The translations under genes and the position numbers were made by a program. A stretch of 64,000 nucleotides of DNA from SAR86 cluster bacterium. GTDB taxonomy: Bacteria > Pseudomonadota > Gammaproteobacteria > Magnimaribacterales > TMED112. Where the stretch lies: positions 11,716-75,715 of the forward strand of contig QOPD01000003.1 of the NCBI GenBank assembly GCA_003331605.1. Reading direction: 5' to 3'. Below, piece after piece: positions 29,142 through 39,812 of the stretch (positions are counted from its first letter, which is position 1; the number at the start of each line of letters is the position of its first letter). Under the pieces are notes generated by a model, which was given only the letters and a program-made list of their open reading frames with translations, searched no databases and was not told where the DNA came from.

Positions 29142-30374
29142 ATGGAGATTGAAAAATCTAAATTAAATTGTTCTTTTTGTGGAAAGGATCAAGCAAAAGT
29201 AAAAAAGCTGATTGCTGGACCTAATATCTATATTTGCAATGAATGTGTAGATCTATGCAATGACATACTCTTAGAAGAGGATTTACAAGAATCAAAGTAT
29301 GAAACAAAGGATGTTAAGCCAAAAGAAATTTTTAAATATCTCGACCAGATTATAGTAGGCCAGAACGAGGCAAAAAGGCGTTTATCTGTTGCTGTTTATA
29401 ATCACTATAAAAGAATTAATACCAAAGATGATCCGGAAGTAGAAGTACAGAAGAGCAATGTTTTATTACTGGGCCCAACAGGCTGTGGAAAAACATTACT
29501 GGCTCAAACTTTGGCAAAATTTCTTGATGTCCCTTTTGCTATCGCTGATGCAACCTCTTTAACCGAGGCCGGATACGTCGGCGAAGATGTAGAAAATATA
29601 ATCCAAAAGCTTTTGATCAATGCAGATTACGACATCACTAGAGCACAAAAAGGAATCATTTATATCGATGAAATCGATAAGATTTCCAAAAAAGGAGAGA
29701 ACGTTTCAATAACGAGAGATGTCTCGGGTGAAGGAGTCCAACAAGCACTACTAAAAATTATTGAAGGAACTACTGCTTCTATACCTCCACAGGGAGGAAG
29801 AAAACATCCCCAACAAGAATTCTTACAAGTGGATACAAAAGATATTCTATTTATTTGTGGTGGAGCTTTTAATGGCCTAGAGTCTCAAATTCAATCAAGA
29901 CTTTCAAACAACGCAATTGGTTTCAACTCTGAGATCATTGATAAGGACAACATAGATAAAGGGAAAATGTTTAAAGAGGCTAAATCACAAGATTTAATTA
30001 AATATGGAATTATTCCTGAATTCATTGGCAGGTTTCCTGTGGTTGCAGCTCTTGAAGAATTATCTGAAGAAGATCTGGTAAAAGTAATGTCAGAGACAAA
30101 AAATTCTATCAGTGACCAATTTAAATACTTGTTTGAATTGGATGGCATTAAACTTGAATTTACCGCGGATGCTTTTAAAGCAATTGCAGAAGAAGCTAAG
30201 AAAAGCGCCTCAGGAGCTAGAGCACTCAGAGCAATTTTTGAAGATATTCTTCAGGATTCGATGTTTGAGTTACCATCATCAAGCTCCCCAGTTGAGAAGA
30301 TTGTCATTGACAAAAATGTCGTTCTGAATAGGGAAAACCCTCTCAAATTAATGGCAAAAAAAATTGCAAATTAA
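29142..30374 (+). CDS. clpX: Clp protease ATPase ClpX
   Basis: CSFC zinc domain, [14 protein letters not shown] loop. Confidence 0.98.
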   Translation: MEIEKSKLNCSFCGKDQAKVKKLIAGPNIYICNECVDLCNDILLEEDLQESKYETKDVKPKEIFKYLDQIIVGQNEAKRRLSVAVYNHYKRINTKDDPEVEVQKSNVLLLGPTGCGKTLLAQTLAKFLDVPFAIADATSLTEAGYVGEDVENIIQKLLINADYDITRAQKGIIYIDEIDKISKKGENVSITRDVSGEGVQQALLKIIEGTTASIPPQGGRKHPQQEFLQVDTKDILFICGGAFNGLESQIQSRLSNNAIGFNSEIIDKDNIDKGKMFKEAKSQDLIKYGIIPEFIGRFPVVAALEELSEEDLVKVMSETKNSISDQFKYLFELDGIKLEFTADAFKAIAEEAKKSASGARALRAIFEDILQDSMFELPSSSSPVEKIVIDKNVVLNRENPLKLMAKKIAN

Positions 30375-32687
30375 ATGTCAGAAGAAATTAAGGTCACTGT
30401 AAAGATGCCTATGATCCCCTTGAGGGATGTAGTGATTTTCCCTAATACAGTTTCTACATTATTTGTTGGTAGGGAAAAATCTATTTTCTCATTAGAGGAT
30501 GCTCTGAGAACAAATAAGAAAATATTTTTAGTTGCTCAAAACTCGCCCTCAAATGAAGAGCCAACCATTGCAGATCTACCAAAAGTTGGCACCATTTCAA
30601 CTTTACTTCAAATGATTAAGCTACCGGACGGTACTGTGAAGATTTTAGTAGAAGGCTTACAAAGAGCAACTTTAAATGATGTTTCAATTGATAAAGGTTA
30701 TTTTGCAGAGATTATTAAAATTGATGAAACAACTGAGGATTCAAAGTATGAAAGAGATTTGCTCGGTACAATAAAGAATCAATTCACTGAATTTGTTTCG
30801 GTTTCAAAAAAAGTATCTGTTGAGGTAATTAATCAGGTTCAATCAATGGCCAACCTTGCCAAGGTAATAGATGTCATATCTTCAAATATTCATTTATCAA
30901 TAAAAGATAAGCAAGAAATTCTTGAACAAGAAAAGGTTATAACGAGAGGTGAATTCTTATCGAGCTTGATTGAATCTCAGATTGATTTGATGGAAGTTGA
31001 ACAAAGAATAAGAGGTCGCGTCAGAAAACAGATGGAGAAGTCGCAAAAAGAGTATTTCTTAAATGAGCAAATTAAAGCTGCGCAAAAAGAACTCGGAGAA
31101 ATAGGAGACGAAAAAAATGAGCTTGAAGAGCTTCAGTCTAAGATTGAAGAGACCAAAATTTCAAAAGAAGCTTTGGAAAAAATAAACACAGAGTTTTCCA
31201 AGCTTAAACAAATGTCTCCAATGTCAGCAGAGGCAACTGTAGTAAGAACTTTTATTGAAACACTGCTTGAAGTGCCTTGGCACAAAACTACAAAAATCAA
31301 TGTAGATCTTAAAAAAGCTAAAGACATTCTTGATGAAGATCACTATGGGCTGAAAGAGGTTAAAGAGAGAATCCTTGAATATCTGGCTGTTCAAAAAAGA
31401 GTAAAAAAAATGAAAGCACCAGTGCTTTGTTTTGTTGGTCCTCCTGGTGTTGGAAAAACATCCCTTGGCGAATCAATAGCTAGGTCGGTTAACAGAAATT
31501 TTGTTAGATTGTCTCTTGGTGGGGTGCGTGATGAAGCAGAGATAAGAGGGCACAGAAAAACTTATATTGGTTCTATGCCCGGTAAGATAATTCAAAAATT
31601 GACAAAAACAAAAGTAAAAAATCCATTATTCCTTCTGGATGAAATTGATAAAGTGGGAATGGATCATCGTGGTGACCCAAGTTCAGCTTTGTTGGAGGTA
31701 TTAGATCCTGAACAAAATAATACCTTTAATGATCATTATTTAGAGGTAGATTATGACCTTTCGGAGGTAATGTTTATTTGCACAGCTAATTCATTAAATA
31801 TACCTCCACCTTTATTAGACAGAATGGAAATTATTAGATTGCCTGGCTATATCGAAGATGAAAAATTAAATATTGCAAAAAACTATCTGGTTCCACGCAA
31901 TCTAGAAAAAAATGGTTTGAATGAAAAAGAAGTATCCTTCAGTGTTAATTCAATTTTGAAAGTTATTAGAAACTATACTCGCGAAGCTGGAGTCCGTGAT
32001 TTAGACAGACAAATTAATAAAATTTGTCGAAAAAAAGTTAAAGAAATTTCACTGGATCAGCCTTCATCAGTCAAGATTGACAACAGAGCTATTCGAAATA
32101 TTTTGGGGCCGGAGCCGTACAAATTTGGTCTATTCGATGCAGAGGATTCAAAAGGGCAGGTAAATGGCCTAGCTTGGACATCTGTTGGAGGTGAATTATT
32201 AAAAATCGAAGCAGCAGTCATTGCGGGAAAAGGAAGAATAATCAAAACAGGCTCACTGGGCGATGTGATGCAGGAATCAATTCAAGCAGCGTTGACGGTT
32301 ACTAAAAATATTGCGCTTTCAAAAAAAATAGAAAAGGATTTTTTTGAAAAGCATGATATCCATATTCACGTGCCAGAGGGAGCTACTCCGAAGGACGGCC
32401 CAAGTGCAGGCATCACAATGTGTGTTGCGATAGCGTCTGTTGTGCTTGATAAATCAATTAAATCCAATTTGGCAATGACTGGAGAAATTACTCTAGCTGG
32501 TAAAGTTTTAAAGATTGGTGGCCTCAAAGAGAAACTCATTGCTGCAAAAAGAAGTGGCATTACCAATGTAATTATTCCAAAAGAGAATGTTGGTGATCTT
32601 GAGGAAATTGAATCAAATGTGCTTAAAAACCTAAATATTAAGCCAGTAGAAAATATCTCCGAAGTCTTGAAAGAGGCCCTAATTTAA
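30375..32687 (+). CDS. lon: Lon protease
   Basis: GPPGVGKT, PKDGPSAG, GLKEK. Confidence 0.98.
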   Translation: MSEEIKVTVKMPMIPLRDVVIFPNTVSTLFVGREKSIFSLEDALRTNKKIFLVAQNSPSNEEPTIADLPKVGTISTLLQMIKLPDGTVKILVEGLQRATLNDVSIDKGYFAEIIKIDETTEDSKYERDLLGTIKNQFTEFVSVSKKVSVEVINQVQSMANLAKVIDVISSNIHLSIKDKQEILEQEKVITRGEFLSSLIESQIDLMEVEQRIRGRVRKQMEKSQKEYFLNEQIKAAQKELGEIGDEKNELEELQSKIEETKISKEALEKINTEFSKLKQMSPMSAEATVVRTFIETLLEVPWHKTTKINVDLKKAKDILDEDHYGLKEVKERILEYLAVQKRVKKMKAPVLCFVGPPGVGKTSLGESIARSVNRNFVRLSLGGVRDEAEIRGHRKTYIGSMPGKIIQKLTKTKVKNPLFLLDEIDKVGMDHRGDPSSALLEVLDPEQNNTFNDHYLEVDYDLSEVMFICTANSLNIPPPLLDRMEIIRLPGYIEDEKLNIAKNYLVPRNLEKNGLNEKEVSFSVNSILKVIRNYTREAGVRDLDRQINKICRKKVKEISLDQPSSVKIDNRAIRNILGPEPYKFGLFDAEDSKGQVNGLAWTSVGGELLKIEAAVIAGKGRIIKTGSLGDVMQESIQAALTVTKNIALSKKIEKDFFEKHDIHIHVPEGATPKDGPSAGITMCVAIASVVLDKSIKSNLAMTGEITLAGKVLKIGGLKEKLIAAKRSGITNVIIPKENVGDLEEIESNVLKNLNIKPVENISEVLKEALI

Positions 32688-32823
32688 TGCATTCAGACCA
32701 TCTAAAGTCAAGAAATACTTAGAGAATAAAGTTTATTTATTTGTCGCATTTTGCTTGATTTATTAATTTTAAAGCACTAATGTAATCAAAAGCCTTTCTA
32801 TAAAGGCATTATGAGGAGATTTT

Positions 32824-33099
32824 ATGAATAAGGCTGATTTAATTGATGTTGTTGCCAGTGAAACTGGTAGCACAAAAGTTGACGCTGCTAAAGCATTAGA
32901 TGCTGTCGTGAATGCTGTGACAGGTGCACTTGCAAAAGGTGACTCTGTATCACTGGTAGGCTTTGGAACCTTTTCTGTAAGACAGAGAGCTGCAAGAGAG
33001 GGAATTAACCCACAGAACCCTTCCCAGAAGATTCAAATACCTGCAGCAACTGTTCCTGTATTTAAAGCAGGAAAAGCATTAAAAGCTTCAGTAAACTAA
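32824..33099 (+). CDS. hupB: DNA-binding protein HU
   Basis: MNKADLI, GFGTF, located after lon. Confidence 0.93.
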   Translation: MNKADLIDVVASETGSTKVDAAKALDAVVNAVTGALAKGDSVSLVGFGTFSVRQRAAREGINPQNPSQKIQIPAATVPVFKAGKALKASVN

Positions 33100-33111
33100 T
33101 AATTAACTGAT

Positions 33112-34962
33112 TTGATCAGTTTCTTACGGGATAGGCTACAAGGAATTGTAGCCTTTTCTTTTCTAGGCATAGTTGCCCTAACATTTATGTTTTTGGGGCT
33201 GCCTACTTTTACCCAAAATTTCAATACCAATGATTACGCCAAAGTCGGCGAATATGGTATCTCTCAATCAGAATATTTTCGTACTAGAAACATAGTTGAA
33301 GAAAACATAAGAGAGCAATTTGGCCAACAGATTGACCTTGCTCCATTGAATGATTTTATTGATCAGCAAGCAAGAAGCTCTCTCATTGAAAAATATACAT
33401 TAGTTAAGTTCTTTGATGAGCTTGGTTTAGAGATACCCAGCAGTTATCTTGAAAATGAACTGGCAAAAAATGAAGTTTTTCAAGTAGATGGCCAGTTCAA
33501 TCAAGATGCGTTTAAAAATTATTTAATTAACTTCAATTTATCTAAAGATGATTTGGTTAATGACTTTGCATCAGATCTAAAATTAAATTTGACTGTTGCT
33601 CTTTTGAATTCAACCGCCAATATTTTTAACAGCTCATTAGATCAATACCTTGAACTGCTAACCGAGAGACGTTCCATTCAATTTTTTGAATTAAGCAAAG
33701 ATAACGTCATTAAAGAATTTGATGTCTCACAAGACGAGCTTAATACTTTTTACCAAAGTAATTTAGATTTTTATCAAGTTCCTGAGAAAAGAACTTTTGC
33801 CACAATTAAATTTTCAAAAGAAAATTTAGCCATAGAAGTCAGTGATGAAGAATTAGATCAAGCGTATGAATCATACTTGCAAACAATTCCGGCTGGTGAA
33901 AAAAGAGTTTCTCATCTGATGGTTATCTCAGATAACTATGAAACAAACCAAGAATTTACAGAAAAAGTTAACTCAATAGAAACGGTATTAACTGCTAATA
34001 ATTTTGAAGACTATGTTGTTACCGATTCAGAAGATGAAGGCACGCTAGATATTGGTGGTGATCTTGGTTTTACAGATGGCCAAATATTTCCAGCTGAGTT
34101 TGAGCAAGTTATTGCTAGCTTAGATGTAAATGCAGTTTCAAAAGCAGTTTTTTATGAAGGCAATGCTCACTTTTTAAAAGTAACCGAAATAGACGAACCC
34201 ATTGTGCTTAGCTTTGATGAAAAAGCACAAGATCTTAGAGATGAATTGGAGGATATCAAGTTTGAAGATTTATCTTTAAGCATTTTAAGCAATTTATCGG
34301 GATCATCTCTTGAGCTAACAGAAGCTGAAAATGTATATGGGATCTCATCTGAATTATTAACAGACATTTCTTTTGGAGATAATGGTCTATCGGCTGGAGA
34401 TCAATCCACAGTATTTACTGCAGCATTAAAGCAATGGACAGATCCAATTGAAGAGAGACAAGATAGTTTTAAAATTGCTTATGTCGTCTCTTTAATGCCT
34501 GCCAAAACAATTCCACTTGAAAGTGTGCTTGAAGAGGTAAGAGGTGTGGTAGTAGATCAAAAAAGAAACGAATATTTAGAAGATGTCTTTGCTGACGATG
34601 GCTTAAGTTTCGATGAAGCTGGACTTAAAGAGCTATATGCCATTGATAATTTTAAGATAGAGGAGTTTAAAAATATTAATAGAACCACCTCTTTACTTGC
34701 AAACGACCTGGTCAATTTAGTTTTTAATGAGCCTATGGTTGGCACGGTTGAAAAGCAACTTCTTGGCGATAAGCTTTTTGTCTTCAGTGTGCTAGCCAGA
34801 AACCAAGGAGATAAAAGCTCTGTTCCCGTAGAAGATCTTGAAGCTATTAAAAATGAATCGCGCTCTAGTCAATTACAGTCTGTATTTAATACACTAAGAC
34901 TGGAGTATGGTTATGATGATAAATATTCTGTAAATACCATCATTGCTAATCAAACTTCATAG
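33112..34962 (+). CDS. ppiD: Periplasmic chaperone PpiD (SurA N-terminal + parvulin)
   Basis: N-terminal TM anchor, GGDLGF parvulin motif, located after hupB. Confidence 0.85.
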   Translation: MISFLRDRLQGIVAFSFLGIVALTFMFLGLPTFTQNFNTNDYAKVGEYGISQSEYFRTRNIVEENIREQFGQQIDLAPLNDFIDQQARSSLIEKYTLVKFFDELGLEIPSSYLENELAKNEVFQVDGQFNQDAFKNYLINFNLSKDDLVNDFASDLKLNLTVALLNSTANIFNSSLDQYLELLTERRSIQFFELSKDNVIKEFDVSQDELNTFYQSNLDFYQVPEKRTFATIKFSKENLAIEVSDEELDQAYESYLQTIPAGEKRVSHLMVISDNYETNQEFTEKVNSIETVLTANNFEDYVVTDSEDEGTLDIGGDLGFTDGQIFPAEFEQVIASLDVNAVSKAVFYEGNAHFLKVTEIDEPIVLSFDEKAQDLRDELEDIKFEDLSLSILSNLSGSSLELTEAENVYGISSELLTDISFGDNGLSAGDQSTVFTAALKQWTDPIEERQDSFKIAYVVSLMPAKTIPLESVLEEVRGVVVDQKRNEYLEDVFADDGLSFDEAGLKELYAIDNFKIEEFKNINRTTSLLANDLVNLVFNEPMVGTVEKQLLGDKLFVFSVLARNQGDKSSVPVEDLEAIKNESRSSQLQSVFNTLRLEYGYDDKYSVNTIIANQTS

Positions 34963-35719
34963 CCTGGATATTGTATCCACCATCGACATAAATAGTTTGA
35001 CCAGTTATACCGCTCGACATATCACTTAACAAGAAAGTTGCTGTATCGCCAACCTCTTTGGCTGTAATGTTGCGTCTCAATGGTGTTTCAGAGCCATGTT
35101 TGTTAAGCATGGATTTGAAGCCTTTTATTCCTGATGCTGCCAGGGTTTTTATGGGACCTGCAGATATCGAATTTACTCTTATACCTTTTGAGCCTAATGT
35201 TGCTGAGAAATATCTAACGCTTGCCTCTAGACTTGCTTTTGCCATGCCCATAACATTGTAATTAGGTGTAGCTTCTTGAGACCCAACATAGGTCAACGTT
35301 AGTGCGGAAGCATTTTCAGAAAAAAATGGCACAGCTTCTTTAATAAGCCCAGCAAAACTGTACGAGCTTATATCGTGCGTAATAGCAAAACCTTCTCTAG
35401 TGATACAGTCTTCAATATTTCCAGCAATCTGATCAGAGGGAGCGAAACCTACTGAGTGAACAATACCATCAATTTCACCCCATTCTTCCGCAAAAAAATT
35501 AACCAAACCTTTAATTTCTTTATCCGAACTTAGGTCACATTTAAAGGTGAGGCCTCCTCCATTATTGGAAGAAAATTCATTGATAAATTTTTCGAATCTT
35601 TCATTCTGATAGCTGTAACCTACTATCGCACCATGTTCATGCAAAGAAGCTGCAATTGCTGCTGCAATAGAATATTTATTTGCTAAACCTACTATGAGAA
35701 TTTTTTTGCCGTTTACCAT
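34946..35719 (-). CDS. fabI: Enoyl-ACP reductase
   Basis: SIA, YNVMGMAK, SAGPIKTLA. Confidence 0.96.
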   Translation of the reverse strand: MVNGKKILIVGLANKYSIAAAIAASLHEHGAIVGYSYQNERFEKFINEFSSNNGGGLTFKCDLSSDKEIKGLVNFFAEEWGEIDGIVHSVGFAPSDQIAGNIEDCITREGFAITHDISSYSFAGLIKEAVPFFSENASALTLTYVGSQEATPNYNVMGMAKASLEASVRYFSATLGSKGIRVNSISAGPIKTLAASGIKGFKSMLNKHGSETPLRRNITAKEVGDTATFLLSDMSSGITGQTIYVDGGYNIQAMKFD

Positions 35720-35821
35720 ACTCGCATTATAGAGGATTATTTTTTTTACAGAAAATTTTTTAAGTTTATGTAAAAATATAAAAAAATAAAAATTTGACCA
35801 AAATGTCTATAAATCGTTAAT

Positions 35822-35862
35822 TTATGACATAAATGTGACATTTTTGTGACAAAAAATTGTCA
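35822..35862. promoter_or_regulatory. 11-bp-periodic TGACA array (Pho-box/OmpR-family-like)
   Basis: TGACA at 35825, 35836 and 35847, plus inverted TGTCA at 35858. Confidence 0.5.
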
Positions 35863-35918
35863 ATTTCTGCCAAAAAAGCGATGATATAAGCATAGCTAAC
35901 TTTTAAGAGGTAAATTAT

Positions 35919-38582
35919 ATGAATATATTAAGATTTTTACTGAGCCTTGTTCTTCTGGTTTCCATCAATAGCTATTTAGCAGCACAAGAGGCTGAAGAAG
36001 AATCAGTTGAAGAAGTGGTTGTTACGGGATCTCGTATTGCAACCAGTGAGTTCGAAGGCGCTCAACCTGTTTTGGTGATTGATCAAGAAGATATCCAAAA
36101 AACAGGTGAAATGTCAATCTCAGATGTTCTGAGAGAGACACCAATAAATACATACGGTTCTTTTTATGAAAGATCCGGTAGCTCTGCTGGTTCTCAGTCT
36201 ACATTGGCTTTAAGAGGTTTAGGTAGTTCAAGAACATTAGTTCTTATTGATGGCAAAAGGTTGCCAGGTTCTCCAAAATTAGGTGGTGATTCTGCTAACT
36301 TAAATCTTATACCTACAGCAGCTATCGAAAGAGTGGAAATTTTAGCTGATGGCGCATCAGCTGTTTATGGTTCTGATGCTATTGGTGGTGTTGTGAATGT
36401 TATCACTAAAAAAGGATTTGATGGTATGAGTTTCTCAGGAACATTATCTTCACCAGAGCAACCTGGTGGTGGTGAAGAAACCTTCTCATTCGTTGGTGGT
36501 ATGACCAATGATAATTCTCAAGTTACATTTACTTATGAGCACCAAGAAAGAGGAATTATCTTTCTAGGTGATAGGCCATATGATGCAGGACGAGCACCTA
36601 CAGATGGTGATTACTCATCATCATTTAACGTTTCCACATATGCTTACAACTACAGATTGCTAGATGACTGGACAGCTCCAGACGGACGTGTATTTAAAGA
36701 GGGCACGTACTTTCCTGATGCATCTTGTGCAGGCGACTCAAGATTTGTTGAAAATGGCGCCACCTATACATGGGGTAACAGCCCAACAGATGGAGTGAAA
36801 AATACTGTATGTCTCTATGATTATACAAAGATTATGGCGCAAAATGCTGGTAAGAAATTTGATGCTTTTACAGTTAATACAAGCACAAATCTAGGGTGGT
36901 CTAACTTTTACTCAAGAATAGTAACATCTAGAAACGAAGCATATGGTAGATATGCTCCTCCAGCAGCTTTTGTAAGCACATTCCCTGCAGGTATTGGAGA
37001 AGTAAGAATTCCAGCTTCCGATGGTTTTGCTGAAACTACAGCCGTGCTTGGAGTGGATGCTCAGCTAAGAAAAAGATTTATCGAAATTGGCCCTCGAGAA
37101 AGTTTCTGGACAGACTGGACAGCAGATGCTGTCGCTGGTTTTAACGGTACATTCAATGGCCTAGACTGGGACGTATCTTTGCAGTACAACAAAACAGATT
37201 ACGATGATTATGATTGTTGCTATCTGCAAACTCCTGAGTTTGTTGCCGTCAGTGCTGGCATCCAAGCAGATGGTATATATAACGGATGGACAAGTCCATT
37301 TGATCCAGAAGCTGTAGCTTACTACACAGCTTCCCCAACTGAGACTGCGACCAGTGACTTCAGAAACCTTTCAATGAGTGTAACTGGAGAACTATTCCCA
37401 GGCACACAATTTGCTGCTGGCTATGAAAGTGCCAATTTCACCTACCAAAACCTTTATGATAAGCAGAGTGAAGCAGGTAACGTTGGTGGTTCATCTGGTA
37501 ACTCTGACTCTGGAGCCAGAGACTATACAGCTATATATTTTGAAACTTCTACAAGCCTTCTAGATGGTAGAGGTGAAGTTCAATTGGCTGGAAGACAGGA
37601 TGATTACTCTGATTTTGGTTCAAACTTCTCATATACAGTGAAAGGTTTATTTTCTGTCATGGAAAATCTTACTGTAAGAGCTTCACTAGGAACAGGTTTT
37701 AAAGCACCTGGCCTGGGTTCTATGTTTGGAGCTACATCCTACAGCGCTGAATATCATGTTGATTATTTATACTGTGAAGCTAATGGCATTGCTAGAGCAG
37801 ATTGCCAAGAAAATCAGGTAAATACTTATATCGCTTCAAACCCAAATCTTGGTCCTGAAGAGTCAGAATCAATGAATTTTGGTGTCATTTATGATTTTGA
37901 ATTATTTGGAAATCATTCGGTTGCTCTTGATATTTTTGAGACAACTGTGAGCGGCATTATTACTTCAATAGAGGTTCAAGATATTATAGATGCAACAGTA
38001 CTAGGAAAAGCAGATCAATTAAGTAGCCAAGGCGCTTACTGCACAAGAACTGGAAGTGCTACTGGTCCATTGGAAGAATGTTTTATCAACCCAATCAATG
38101 GTAATGATATTTCTGTTGGAGGTTTTGATGTCAAATGGCAAGGAACATTTAACACTCCAGTCGGAGATGTTGATACTGGTCTTGTTTATACACAAATGAC
38201 AAAAAATGAAGCAGAAGCTTTCTTTAATGGTCCTGTTGTGGATTACGTTGGACTTCCAAGTTCACCAGAATTCAGATATAAGTTTGATGTTGGCTACAAT
38301 CTACCAATGCTTCAAAATCTTAGATTAGGTGTTGAGTATGAATACATTGATAGCTATGCAAATAATACGGATGCTGATTACAACCCAGTAGGTGAAGTTG
38401 ATTCATGGACACAAGTTAACTTAAGAGCAAATTATCAAATGCTTGATAACGTTGGCTTAAGGTTAGTGGTAAGAAACTTAGATAATGCTGATCCAGTATT
38501 TTTCACTAATGGCACATATGATCGATTCTTGCACAATAATTACGGAAGAGTCGTAATCTTTGGGTTCAACGTATCCTACTAA
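35919..38582 (+). CDS. TonB-dependent receptor
   Basis: TonB box EEVVVTG, plug LRGLG/IERVEIL.DGASAVYG, C-terminal aromatic residue. Confidence 0.95.
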   Translation: MNILRFLLSLVLLVSINSYLAAQEAEEESVEEVVVTGSRIATSEFEGAQPVLVIDQEDIQKTGEMSISDVLRETPINTYGSFYERSGSSAGSQSTLALRGLGSSRTLVLIDGKRLPGSPKLGGDSANLNLIPTAAIERVEILADGASAVYGSDAIGGVVNVITKKGFDGMSFSGTLSSPEQPGGGEETFSFVGGMTNDNSQVTFTYEHQERGIIFLGDRPYDAGRAPTDGDYSSSFNVSTYAYNYRLLDDWTAPDGRVFKEGTYFPDASCAGDSRFVENGATYTWGNSPTDGVKNTVCLYDYTKIMAQNAGKKFDAFTVNTSTNLGWSNFYSRIVTSRNEAYGRYAPPAAFVSTFPAGIGEVRIPASDGFAETTAVLGVDAQLRKRFIEIGPRESFWTDWTADAVAGFNGTFNGLDWDVSLQYNKTDYDDYDCCYLQTPEFVAVSAGIQADGIYNGWTSPFDPEAVAYYTASPTETATSDFRNLSMSVTGELFPGTQFAAGYESANFTYQNLYDKQSEAGNVGGSSGNSDSGARDYTAIYFETSTSLLDGRGEVQLAGRQDDYSDFGSNFSYTVKGLFSVMENLTVRASLGTGFKAPGLGSMFGATSYSAEYHVDYLYCEANGIARADCQENQVNTYIASNPNLGPEESESMNFGVIYDFELFGNHSVALDIFETTVSGIITSIEVQDIIDATVLGKADQLSSQGAYCTRTGSATGPLEECFINPINGNDISVGGFDVKWQGTFNTPVGDVDTGLVYTQMTKNEAEAFFNGPVVDYVGLPSSPEFRYKFDVGYNLPMLQNLRLGVEYEYIDSYANNTDADYNPVGEVDSWTQVNLRANYQMLDNVGLRLVVRNLDNADPVFFTNGTYDRFLHNNYGRVVIFGFNVSY

Positions 38583-38599
38583 GATTGTTGTTATTATTT

Positions 38600-38625
38600 A
38601 AGGGAGGCTTTTGCCTCCCTTTTTT
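38600..38625 (+). terminator. Intrinsic terminator
   Basis: AAGGGAGGC-tttt-GCCTCCCTT followed by a T tract. Confidence 0.9.
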
Positions 38626-38626
38626 A

Positions 38627-39358
38627 CTAAAAATTATCTTTTCTAATACGCAGTTCTTTAAAACTTTCTTCAGGTGAAAGATGTTTCAGGTCACTAGGAG
38701 TTTTTTGCATAAGAAATAAGTTAATTTTCTTTTCAATCTCAATAGAAGAGGGCAAAGATATTTCTCCTTTATTTAGCTTTACTTCAACATTTTTTTTGTA
38801 GTTGCTTATTTCCTCATCAGAAATTTGCTGCTCTGCGAAAGCTAAGTTTGCAAGGGTATACTCATGTGTGCAGTAGACTTCAGTATCGTTTGGTAATCGA
38901 ACAAGCTTTTGCAAAGAATTAAAAAGTTGCTGATACGTGCCTTCAAACAATCTGCCACAACCTCCTGAAAAAAGAGTATCACCACAAAAAAGCACGTTTT
39001 TTTCATGACAATGGAAACTTATATGGTCGAGTGTATGACCTGGTGTTTCAATAACATTAAACTCATAGCCCAAAGTAGAAAATTGATCATTCTCTATTAA
39101 TGCCACATCAATTCCTTCAATAGCCAAGTTATCTGGACCATACACATTACCTTGCATGACTTTTTTTAGTTCTTTTACACCACCAGTGTGATCATAGTGG
39201 TGGTGTGTTATTAAAATATCCTCTAGTTCAAGATTCCTGTTTTGTAATACGTTTAATACAGCATTCGCGTCGCCAGGGTCGATAACAGAAATTTTGCCTT
39301 CTTTTTCAATAGACCAAATATAATTATCTATGAATGCAGGGATGTGAAAAATTTTCAT
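38627..39358 (-). CDS. gloB: Hydroxyacylglutathione hydrolase (glyoxalase II)
   Basis: DNYIW, THHHYDH, GDTLF, KDNF. Start moved to the ATG at 39358. Confidence 0.94.
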   Translation of the reverse strand: MKIFHIPAFIDNYIWSIEKEGKISVIDPGDANAVLNVLQNRNLELEDILITHHHYDHTGGVKELKKVMQGNVYGPDNLAIEGIDVALIENDQFSTLGYEFNVIETPGHTLDHISFHCHEKNVLFCGDTLFSGGCGRLFEGTYQQLFNSLQKLVRLPNDTEVYCTHEYTLANLAFAEQQISDEEISNYKKNVEVKLNKGEISLPSSIEIEKKINLFLMQKTPSDLKHLSPEESFKELRIRKDNF

Positions 39359-39377
39359 TACTTTATAATTTACTTCA

Positions 39378-39812
39378 ATGAATATAAAAGTATATACAGA
39401 TGGTGCCTGTAGACGCAATCCTGGTCCAGGAGGTTGGGGCGTTTATATCATTAATGGCAATCAAACAGAGGAACTTTACGCTGGTGACCCTTCTACAACC
39501 AACAATAAAATGGAAATGCAGGCTGCAATCAGCGCCCTAATGCATTTAAAGAACACCAACTCATCTATAGAGCTTTACACAGATTCAAACTATTTAAGAC
39601 AGGGCATAACAGAATGGATCTATAATTGGAAAAAAAATAACTGGCGCACTTCATCCAAGAAGCCGGTGGCTAATAGGGAATTATGGATTGAACTGGATAA
39701 GCTTAACAGTCAGATGAACGTAAATTGGAATTGGGTTAAAGGACATGCAGGTGATCCAGGCAATGAAAAAGCGGATGAATTAGCAAACAAAGGAGCAGAT
39801 AGTGTCAGCTAG
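39378..39812 (+). CDS. rnhA: Ribonuclease HI
   Basis: TDGAC..NPGPGG, TDS, WVKGH, NE.AD. Confidence 0.97.
   Translation: MNIKVYTDGACRRNPGPGGWGVYIINGNQTEELYAGDPSTTNNKMEMQAAISALMHLKNTNSSIELYTDSNYLRQGITEWIYNWKKNNWRTSSKKPVANRELWIELDKLNSQMNVNWNWVKGHAGDPGNEKADELANKGADSVS

Noticed and set aside
35831-35852. AAATGTGA as a CRP site
   Set aside because: The second half-site is a direct TGTGA rather than inverted TCACA; an 11-bp direct-repeat model fits better
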